Positions 9,061 through 16,291 of a DNA stretch of 32,000 nucleotides are shown here, one piece after another. Where the stretch lies: positions 810,001 to 842,000 of the forward strand of contig NC_020304.1 of the NCBI RefSeq assembly GCF_000341395.1, written 5' to 3'. The DNA is from Desulfocapsa sulfexigens DSM 10523 (lineage in GTDB: Bacteria > Desulfobacterota > Desulfobulbia > Desulfobulbales > Desulfocapsaceae). A program made the translations under genes and the position numbers. The notes under the pieces were generated by a model. The model made no database searches. It saw nothing but the letters and a program-made list of their open reading frames with translations, and was not told the DNA's origin. How positions within the stretch are numbered: the first letter of the stretch is position 1; each line of letters begins with the position of its first letter.

Positions 9061-9120
9061 TTATGGTTGCCTTCGTTCACAAAAGCTTCTGGGAAATTAT
9101 ACCACTTTCTGAAAGATGCG

Positions 9121-9165
9121 ACAATATGCCACATTGTGATATTCTCCTCCGTGGGTTACATGTAA
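9121..9165. promoter_or_regulatory. Two palindromes in the divergent regB / Tat-protein intergenic region: ACAATATG-C-CACATTGT (9121..9137) and TTACATGTAA (9156..9165)
   Basis: Both were read directly from the sequence. The first matches 7 of 8 per arm and the second is a perfect 10-mer. No known consensus is claimed. Confidence 0.25.
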
Positions 9166-9255
9166 ATTATCAGTGAAGTTTGATTGAGGGAGGCTGATCC
9201 TGATTTGCAGGTGTTGGTCGATAACTGTAAAAAGAAGATATGGAGGATAGTCATT

Positions 9256-10050
9256 ATGGAACATCAGAACAAACCCTGTCAAAGCCTGACCCGCCGTCAG
9301 ATGATGATCGGAACCGCGGGAGCACTTGCCGCAGGAACTGCCCTTGCACAGTTTGGGGGATTACTGAAATCCGCACACGCCGCAGGTGGATCGACTGAAA
9401 AATGGCCATGGCCCTACGAGAAACTCGATCCTGTCAAAACTGCGGAACTGGCCTATAAAGAATGGTATCGGGTTTTCTGCGGTGCGGCAGTAATCAACAG
9501 CGTTTTCAATCAATTGCAAGAAAAATTCGGAGAACCGTACACCTCTTTTCCCGATGATGCCTTTGTCTTTCTTGAGGGTGGTATGGTGGGCTGGGGCATG
9601 ACATGTGGCTCCAATGCCGGTGCGGCCATTGTTGCTAATGCGATCATAGGACCTAGAATCGCCGGAGGTAACGAAGGACACCAGATTACCGAGGATATCT
9701 TCGAATGGTATTCCGATGCCGCCATGCCGGTTTTTACGCCGAAAACCCCGAAAATCACCACTGAGCTGGTCAAGACCACCGCCGACTCCCCTCTGTGTCA
9801 CGTCTCTGTCGGCAAATGGATGAAGGCTTCCGGGTTTCACATCGGCAGCCCAGAGCGTAAAGACAGGTGTGCTCGGGTTGCAGCCAGTGTTGCCTACCAT
9901 CTTGTGGAGCTGCTCAACGATTGGCATGACAAAAAATACCAACCGACAGCCACCCATAAGCCAGTTAAGGAGTTTGGCATCACCGCTCAGATGAACTGCA
10001 TGGACTGTCACAGCGACGATGTGCCCACACCACCCATGGCCAAGAAATAA
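9256..10050 (+). CDS. Tat-exported Cys-rich redox protein (C_GCAxxG_C_C-like, reminiscent of split-Soret cytochrome c) with one C-terminal CxxCH heme c motif
   Basis: GGAGGA at 9242..9247 lies 8 nt before ATG 9256. The twin-arginine signal is LTRRQMMIGTAGALAAG..AHAAGG. Four spaced Cys occur (FCGAA, TCGSNAG, LCHV, RCAR), and CMDCH lies near the C-terminus. I think the track's longer start at 9184 is unlikely. Confidence 0.6.
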   Translation: MEHQNKPCQSLTRRQMMIGTAGALAAGTALAQFGGLLKSAHAAGGSTEKWPWPYEKLDPVKTAELAYKEWYRVFCGAAVINSVFNQLQEKFGEPYTSFPDDAFVFLEGGMVGWGMTCGSNAGAAIVANAIIGPRIAGGNEGHQITEDIFEWYSDAAMPVFTPKTPKITTELVKTTADSPLCHVSVGKWMKASGFHIGSPERKDRCARVAASVAYHLVELLNDWHDKKYQPTATHKPVKEFGITAQMNCMDCHSDDVPTPPMAKK

Positions 10051-10109
10051 CCATGGGGTGCTTGACCCATCGGAGTAAGGCGCTCTGAATAGCGTTTCCC
10101 CCTTCAAAA

Positions 10110-10157
10110 CCTTTGCCGTTGCTTCCCGTCTCTGTCAGCCGGGAGTGGCGGCAAAGG
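10110..10157. repeat. Long imperfect hairpin (CCTTTGCCG .. CGGCAAAGG with inner CTTCCCG/CGGGAG pairing); terminator-like or REP-like
   Basis: The inverted repeat was read directly. On the minus strand the stem is followed by TTTTGAAGG. There is no T-run on the plus strand. Confidence 0.3.
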
Positions 10158-10304
10158 CAAAGCGCCCTTCAGACTATTCACCTGAGTAGTTACCTTTTTT
10201 TTCTTTTAATAGACTCCCTTGACTGAGCGTTGCTTCCCGGTATCGGCAATCAGGACAATGTTCCCTTCGGCATCTGTAAGAAAAACGGCACTGAGAGTTG
10301 TTAC

Positions 10305-10529
10305 TCAGTAACGGTGTCGCGAATCAAAGAGTGTTTCATAATCCCACCCACCATAAAAAACATTTAGACCCCGTACCGTCAATTCTGCCTCATTCACAAG
10401 GAATGCAGCAACTGCTTTGTTATCAAGAGCATAAATTCCTAAACCATCCATCAGGTCAGCCCGTAATTGACCTCTTATTGGAAAAGTTTCCAGTTCCTGA
10501 TACTTGGATTTTAGTAAGAAGTGCACCAA
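10305..10529 (-). CDS. Hypothetical ORF, probably the 3' remnant of a gene truncated at the repeat junction
   Basis: The 74-aa ORF has a TTG start that lies inside repeat copy B, in a frame other than ClC. Unique sequence starts at the junction (..KSKYQELETFPIRGQLRADLMDG..YGGWDYETLFDSRHRY). I recognise no family. Confidence 0.25.
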   Translation of the reverse strand: MVHFLLKSKYQELETFPIRGQLRADLMDGLGIYALDNKAVAAFLVNEAELTVRGLNVFYGGWDYETLFDSRHRY

Positions 10530-10545
10530 AAGGATTACGTTTCAT
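10516..10545 (-). pseudogene. Orphan 5' remnant of the ClC gene (first 10 codons, MKRNPFGALL)
   Basis: It is identical in protein to the start of the ClC gene at 6449, with one synonymous change. It then diverges and hits a stop 20 codons later. Confidence 0.7.
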
Positions 10546-11218
10546 ACTGCCTGCTACTGCTACCTTGTCTGGTAAATCTGGCCATGATGGCAGTTCATAG
10601 TTACTACCTGGCCACTTTTCAGTTTCTCAATGGCACCCTTTACCCCTGTAATAACAGGAATATTTTTTTCCCGGCCAACAATTGCTGCATGCGATGTGAG
10701 CCCCGGTTGTTCGGTGATAATTCCAGCTGCGCCACTTAATTTGTCCAGCATATAATTATCGGTATAGCAGGCAACAAGAATATTCCCGACTTTAAATCCA
10801 TCAAGACTGTGGGTGTCTTCTATTACAGTAACCTCTGCCGTAACTGTTTCCTTGCCAATCCCCTGACCATGGAGGTTAATGTCTCCCACCTCATGGATCT
10901 TCAGCATATTGGTGGATCCACTTATTTTAAATGGAATGCCAGCAATAATAACAATGGTATCCCCCGATTTCATCAGATCACTTTCCATGGCACGAATGAT
11001 TGCATCGTCAAAAAGTTTATTGACCGATTCTTCGTCGGAAACTTCCAGAGGTCTCACCCCCCAGAGTAACTGCATCTGCCTCCTCACTGATGCCTCCGGG
11101 CTTGTAGCGATAATGGCCGGCTGGGGACGATGACGGGCCACCATCCGGGCGGTCTGGCCACTCTGAGTTGCAGCAAGGATGGCATGTGCCTGCAAGTCAC
11201 TGGCAATGGCACAGGCGG
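10516..11218. repeat. Direct repeat copy B (ClC 5' remnant + spacer + 3' part of the intact pyk)
   Basis: See copy A. The offset is 4096 nt left of the spacer indel and 4102 nt right of it. Confidence 0.95.
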
Positions 11219-12305
11219 CATAGCAGATAGCATTAGACACGGTTTGGGTCGAATACCTGGCACCTGCACTGAGCAGCTCATCGTAGGGAAGGGCAGATTC
11301 AGAAATTTCTGCATTTTTAACCAGGAAACGAACAGCCTCCAGAGGATATCCTCCAACCGCTGTTTCCCCAGACAACATCACTGCATCGGTCCCGTCAAAA
11401 ATAGCATTGGTCACATCACTGGCCTCTGCCCTGGTGGGCCTGGGACTGCCAATCATCGATTCCAGCATCTGGGTTGCGGTGATAACCGGTTTGCCATGAC
11501 GATTAGCCATCTGGATAATTTTCTTCTGAATAACCGGGACCTTCTCCGGTGGTAGTTCCACTCCGAGATCACCACGGGCCACCATCAGCCCATCAGACAA
11601 ATCAAGAATTTCTTCGAGATTGTCGAGTGCCTCCTGATTTTCAATCTTGGAAATAATCTGCTGCCTGCCTCCAACTTCTTCTATAACACGGCGGACTTCC
11701 AGAACATCTTCCCCCTTACGGATAAAGGAGGCTGCGATAAAGTCCACCTCCATCTCAGCCCCAAACTGAATATCCGAAACATCCTTATCCATCAATGGAG
11801 GTAAATTGACCTTGACCCCGGGCAGACTGACACGCTTATGCTCTCCCAGACGACCACCAACGACAACCTCGGTGCGGATATCATTTCCATGGAGACTTAA
11901 AACACGCAACGCCAGCTTACCATCATCGAGAAGAACGGTGTCGCCAATGTTCACATCATCGCAAAGGCCCTGATAATTCACGCCAATCCGCTCAGACGTT
12001 GCCGCAACTGTATCGATTGTCAAAAAGAATGTCTGTCCCTGCTGAAGCGTAATAAAACCTTCATCAATATCACTGGTTCGAATTTCAGGCCCCCGGGTAT
12101 CGAGAAGAATAGCGGTTTCACACCCAGCCCTGGCTCTAGCTGTCTTGATTGCAGCAATGAAGGCTGCCTGAGACTCGTGGTCTCCGTGAGAAAGATTGAC
12201 ACGAAAAACGTCCACCCCGGCCAGGATCAGCTCATGAATCTGCTCCACAGTATTACTAGCAGGCCCCAGCGTTGCTATAATTTTTGTTTTTCTCATTGTT
12301 TTCAC
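10560..12305 (-). CDS. pyk: Pyruvate kinase with a C-terminal PEP-utilizer (swivelling) domain
   Basis: The 581-aa product starts at a GTG. It contains KIIATLGPAS, MVARGDLGVE and the PK C-terminal domain, followed by an extra domain with TSHAAIVGREKNIPVITGV, as in Bacillus-type PK. Confidence 0.95.
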   Translation of the reverse strand: MKTMRKTKIIATLGPASNTVEQIHELILAGVDVFRVNLSHGDHESQAAFIAAIKTARARAGCETAILLDTRGPEIRTSDIDEGFITLQQGQTFFLTIDTVAATSERIGVNYQGLCDDVNIGDTVLLDDGKLALRVLSLHGNDIRTEVVVGGRLGEHKRVSLPGVKVNLPPLMDKDVSDIQFGAEMEVDFIAASFIRKGEDVLEVRRVIEEVGGRQQIISKIENQEALDNLEEILDLSDGLMVARGDLGVELPPEKVPVIQKKIIQMANRHGKPVITATQMLESMIGSPRPTRAEASDVTNAIFDGTDAVMLSGETAVGGYPLEAVRFLVKNAEISESALPYDELLSAGARYSTQTVSNAICYAACAIASDLQAHAILAATQSGQTARMVARHRPQPAIIATSPEASVRRQMQLLWGVRPLEVSDEESVNKLFDDAIIRAMESDLMKSGDTIVIIAGIPFKISGSTNMLKIHEVGDINLHGQGIGKETVTAEVTVIEDTHSLDGFKVGNILVACYTDNYMLDKLSGAAGIITEQPGLTSHAAIVGREKNIPVITGVKGAIEKLKSGQVVTMNCHHGQIYQTR

Positions 12306-12477
12306 CTGTTACTGTCGTATAGTTCCTCAACTATTTCACTGATAGCTCAACTTTCAGACTTGTGGTTATGGAGCAATCTGTTACATGAATAGTAACCATT
12401 ATACAATTAAACCAGGCTAAAGGCCAAAGGTGAAAAAAATTGATAAAAGCTATCGCCACACTCCCAGCTGAACAACT

Positions 12478-14670
12478 ATGCGCATTTCCCTTCGCCTGAA
12501 ACTTACACTTATTTCCCTGCTGCTCCTGCTGATCCCCCTGATCGGATTCAGGTTCAGCGCCATGCTGCAGTCAAGTCTCCTTGCCAGCCGGGAAGATGCC
12601 CTGATGTTCACAGCAAAAGCAGTGGCCACTGCTCTTGCCAATCGCCCGGATATCTTTGACCGTGAGCTATTCCACTCCCTCGATCAAAGTCGTGATCTCT
12701 ATCTTCTCCGTCTTTCAAGCTCCATCCGCCTCAATGGAAAAGTGGATGACTGGCAGCCTGAACTTGATCAGAGTGATACCTTTGGAATTGAGCACGTCCT
12801 CGCCACCACTTCGCCCTATAAGCCGGGATCTCTCACCTTTCGACATCTGGTCGGACAACGCGGGAAATACCTCTATGCTCTGTTTCTTGTCCATGATGAC
12901 AAGGTGAGGTACCGCCACAAAAACTCTCTCTACCCAGAAAAAGCTGATCATATTCAAATAGGAATACAAGATCCTGCAGGAGAACTTCACAGATACCTGC
13001 TGACCGCAGAGGAGCCTGGATGGGTCAACGGCTTTCAGATGGCAGCTGATCCGGAGAACCAGATCCCCATAGCGAACGAGCCACGCATTCAGGGTGTGTG
13101 GACAGAGACTGAGGATGGCTACATTGTTGAAATGCGCATTCCGCTGGATATGATTGGTAAACGACTGGCCTTTGCCGTGGCAGATGTGGATAATGCCGAG
13201 ACACTGGAGATAGAAACGCTCATCGGCACAGCAAATCCGGATCAAATCGGTGAACTGGGCTGGCTTCTTGCCCCGTCCCGTGATATCGAAGCCCTGCTAA
13301 AACGTCTTGACAGGCCGCATTCACGTATCAGAATTGTCGACAGCAACAGACGGGTTCGGGCCCGCTTTGGTAGCCTAGAAACCATAGCTCCCCCCGAATC
13401 TGACCAGGCCAGAGAGCAATCATCTCTGCTTAACTGGCTTCATCGCCAGCTCAGCCCGGTATATCGTCTTTTCACAGAACCCTTCACCACAACCTTCACC
13501 ACAGCAGGTTCCCAGGCAAAACAACTCGATATTATGGGGATAGAAGAAGGGCTCCTTGGTAAATCGAGCATTACACACTACCAGCTGGATGACGCCCAGG
13601 TGGAGGTGATGGCAGCTATCACACCATTAGTAGATGGAAATACAATTGTTGGAGCTGTGGTTGTAGAGCAGACAACCAATTCCATTCTGGCCTTAAAAAA
13701 TCGCATGATAGAAGAGTCCATCGGACTCACGGTAATGGCCTTTGTCATCATTGGACTTGGCCTGCTGTTTTTTGCCTCACGGATTTCGAGTCGCATCAGG
13801 CGACTACGCAATCAGGCGGCCAATGCCATCAGTGACGATGGACGAATTATCGCCGAGATTACCGCAGTGCGTGCAAAAGACGAAATCGGTGATCTTGCAC
13901 GAACTCTTTCCACCATGCTCGGTCAGCTTAAAGAACAGAACGAATACCGGGAAAACATGGCCGATAACCTCGAACACGAAATGCGCACCCCCCTGGCCGG
14001 TATTGCAGCTTCTCTGAAAAATATGGAGAAAGAGCTGACAAATCCCGACAAACAGCTGAAAGAATATATGGGCTGGGCCTTACGTGATGTCCAGCGCATG
14101 GAGTCCCTCCTCACTGCAATCCGGGATGCCACCAGCATCCAGGATGCTTTGGAACGTGATTTTCCAGAAGACTTTGACCTTGGGGCTGCCCTGGCGATCT
14201 GGGTCGAACATGGTTGGCAACCCGGATACCCCGACGTTGTTTTCAGGTATAATGTACCCGAACAGCCACTTTTTATTTATGGTGACCCGGACAGACTGCG
14301 GCAGATGATAGAAAAACTTATCGACAATGCGGTTTCTTTCCATATACCAGAAACACCTGTCGTACTCTCGCTCTCCAGTGATCAGGAAGGCATCAAGCTC
14401 AGTATCTGCAATCAGGGCCCGACCATTGCTCCGGAGATGCTGGGTCAGATCTTCAACTCCATGGTTTCCCTCCGTACCCGGAAGGATAGCAGCCCTCACC
14501 TCGGCCTCGGCTTATACATTGTCCGTACCATTGTAGAACACCATCATGGAACAATCCGGGTTGAAAATAGAACTGAGGGAAAAGGCGGTGTCTGTGTTAT
14601 TGTGAACCTGCCCCAAACACCAAAACCCGCAAAAGCAGATCATCAAGATGACTATCCTCTATCAAGATAA
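12478..14670 (+). CDS. pdsS: Sensor histidine kinase with a large periplasmic domain; by context the dedicated sortase system kinase (PdsS-like)
   Basis: The 730-aa product has TM1 (LISLLLLLIPLIGF), a ~400-aa periplasmic region and TM2 (LTVMAFVIIGLGLLFFA). It also has a HAMP domain, the H-box NLEHEMRTPLAGI, and an HATPase domain (DNAVSF, GLGLYIVRT). No response regulator is adjacent. It lies on the same strand as the orphan pdsR-like gene. The kinase call is firm (about 0.9); the PdsS assignment is about 0.5. Confidence 0.8.
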   Translation: MRISLRLKLTLISLLLLLIPLIGFRFSAMLQSSLLASREDALMFTAKAVATALANRPDIFDRELFHSLDQSRDLYLLRLSSSIRLNGKVDDWQPELDQSDTFGIEHVLATTSPYKPGSLTFRHLVGQRGKYLYALFLVHDDKVRYRHKNSLYPEKADHIQIGIQDPAGELHRYLLTAEEPGWVNGFQMAADPENQIPIANEPRIQGVWTETEDGYIVEMRIPLDMIGKRLAFAVADVDNAETLEIETLIGTANPDQIGELGWLLAPSRDIEALLKRLDRPHSRIRIVDSNRRVRARFGSLETIAPPESDQAREQSSLLNWLHRQLSPVYRLFTEPFTTTFTTAGSQAKQLDIMGIEEGLLGKSSITHYQLDDAQVEVMAAITPLVDGNTIVGAVVVEQTTNSILALKNRMIEESIGLTVMAFVIIGLGLLFFASRISSRIRRLRNQAANAISDDGRIIAEITAVRAKDEIGDLARTLSTMLGQLKEQNEYRENMADNLEHEMRTPLAGIAASLKNMEKELTNPDKQLKEYMGWALRDVQRMESLLTAIRDATSIQDALERDFPEDFDLGAALAIWVEHGWQPGYPDVVFRYNVPEQPLFIYGDPDRLRQMIEKLIDNAVSFHIPETPVVLSLSSDQEGIKLSICNQGPTIAPEMLGQIFNSMVSLRTRKDSSPHLGLGLYIVRTIVEHHHGTIRVENRTEGKGGVCVIVNLPQTPKPAKADHQDDYPLSR

Positions 14671-16177
14671 CAGATGGCTTGTAATTAACAAACCCTCCGG
14701 CATATCCACCCACAGGGCTCACCCCGGTGACCTTGGTATTGTGGAATGGCTGGACCTGCACCACAAACTGAAGGTGTATACCTGTTCACGGCTTGATAAG
14801 GGGACCAGCGGAGTGCTTCTCTTTGCTCTGGCTCCAGATGGTGTTGCCGAAGCGCAGAGTGTTCACGAGGACGAACGATCACGTAAAACCTATTACTTCA
14901 TAGCCGAAAAAACATCCCAGAGTTCCTGGTTCTGTGATGCCCCCCTCGACGGCAAGCCCTGCAGCACCCACTTCAGTACAGTCAGAGAAGGTGTCACCAG
15001 CGCTCTTTACAAAGCGGTTATCAATCGCGGCCGTACCCACCAGATCAGACGTCACGCGGCGTCATCGGGGATTCCCCTTCTTGGTGATCCCGAGTACAAG
15101 GGAGCAGACTTCGCCAGATTATCTCTCCACTGCGCGATGGTGGAATGGCCGGGAATTTCCCAGACACTGCACGCCCCCCTGCCACAGTGGTTTGAGTTCT
15201 GGCTGGATAGCAAACCACAGGAAGCAGGGTACCTCGCACTGGTCGAACAGCGCTATCCCTTCCTCTCTTCTGTTACCGATTGCTGCCGACTCCTGCATCG
15301 TGGTGAATATTCCAAAGATATCGCCATTGATAAGTACGGTGACTGGCTCTGCGCAACTGGCTACAGGGAAACGGTTCCGGCACGGCAGGTTCTGCAGGCA
15401 CACAAAGATCTGCTCACCACTCTCTGTGAAATCTGTAACTGCAAGGGCGGGGTGATAAAAACCAATCTGCGAGACCCCCATAAAAACAGACTTTTTGCGG
15501 ATATTGCCGCCTGGGGAGACCCCATTCCCGACTCTTTTCTGGTACGCGAACACGATCTTCACTTCAAGGTACAGTTAAACGACAGACAACACACAGGACT
15601 TTTCCTCGACCAGCGGGATTCCAGGAGCCGGATTGCAGAAATTGCCAAAGGAAAGCGAGTAGTAAATCTGTTTGCCTTCACCTGTTCCTTCTCTGTCTAT
15701 GCACTTGCCGCAGAGGCAGAAGTAGTATTTTCGGTGGATCTTGCCGCAGGATGTCTCAAACAGGGGCAGGAGAATGTTGCCATTAATCAACTGGCAGAAG
15801 CAGGAAATGCCAAATTCATAAAAGAAGACACCCGTAAATGGCTGTCCCGGCAGCTTCGTAACAAGCAAAATAATCCTCGCCAGTTTACTCCCTTTGATCT
15901 TGTAATCTGTGATCCTCCAGTATTTGCTTCCGGAGGCAGGGGAAAAAGCTTTCATGTGGAAAAAGAATGGCCTGGACTCGCAGATGGAGTAAGTAACATT
16001 CTCGCAAATGATGGCATAGCACTCTTTGCCAACAATCACCAGGGAGGTGCGGAACCCTTTTATTACGACACTCTACGCAAGGTTTTCAGTGAAGTCACCC
16101 GGTTAAATCCACCTTTGGATTTTCCACAGGTGGGGACGCGGACTTCTCATGTTAATATCTACTGGTGTCAAAAATAA
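14648..16177 (+). CDS. Fusion protein: RluA-family pseudouridine synthase (N-terminal) + RlmI/RlmK-like class I SAM-dependent RNA methyltransferase (C-terminal)
   Basis: The N-terminal ~190 aa contain WLVINKPSGISTH, SRLDKGTSGVLLFA (catalytic Asp motif) and GRTHQIRRH. The C-terminal ~300 aa contain TGLFLDQRDSR, VVNLFAFTCSFSV and DLVICDPPVFA. Confidence 0.8.
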   Translation: MTILYQDNRWLVINKPSGISTHRAHPGDLGIVEWLDLHHKLKVYTCSRLDKGTSGVLLFALAPDGVAEAQSVHEDERSRKTYYFIAEKTSQSSWFCDAPLDGKPCSTHFSTVREGVTSALYKAVINRGRTHQIRRHAASSGIPLLGDPEYKGADFARLSLHCAMVEWPGISQTLHAPLPQWFEFWLDSKPQEAGYLALVEQRYPFLSSVTDCCRLLHRGEYSKDIAIDKYGDWLCATGYRETVPARQVLQAHKDLLTTLCEICNCKGGVIKTNLRDPHKNRLFADIAAWGDPIPDSFLVREHDLHFKVQLNDRQHTGLFLDQRDSRSRIAEIAKGKRVVNLFAFTCSFSVYALAAEAEVVFSVDLAAGCLKQGQENVAINQLAEAGNAKFIKEDTRKWLSRQLRNKQNNPRQFTPFDLVICDPPVFASGGRGKSFHVEKEWPGLADGVSNILANDGIALFANNHQGGAEPFYYDTLRKVFSEVTRLNPPLDFPQVGTRTSHVNIYWCQK

Positions 16178-16291
16178 TATCAACCCTTGACTGAAAGGCG
16201 ATTATCCTGCTATTGCTTCAGAATAGACTTGTAAGTACCATTCCCCCTCAACTGAGTGTCAGTTCCCGGATCAAAGGATAGGAGAAGTGTC

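Noticed and set aside
9361-10107. Long antisense ORFs lie opposite real genes: this one, plus 21614..22381, 20375..21064, 21071..21610, 12715..13245, 15575..16039, 15119..15562, 7254..7658 and 263..691.
   Set aside because: Each lies fully inside a gene on the other strand that has clear family signatures. Their translations are low-complexity or Cys/Arg/Ser-rich with no motifs. They are shadow ORFs.
10560-10850. The extra C-terminal PEP-utilizer domain on pyruvate kinase as a novelty.
   Set aside because: This extension is well known in Bacillus/Geobacillus-type pyruvate kinases. It is noteworthy only because it lies inside the duplicated segment.
6420-11218. The duplicated 0.7-kb segment could be an assembly artefact.
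   Set aside because: The copies differ at nine positions and by a 6-nt indel. Each is joined to different unique sequence on one side. An artefactual duplication would normally be identical. I still list read-level confirmation as a check.
12326-12352. Short direct repeats in promoter regions: CTCAACT twice, 20 nt apart, upstream of the pdsS-like gene, and GTACTCCT twice at 25410 and 25438.
   Set aside because: Two copies of a 7-8-mer are within chance expectation for a window of this size. Without comparative data I cannot support a regulatory call.
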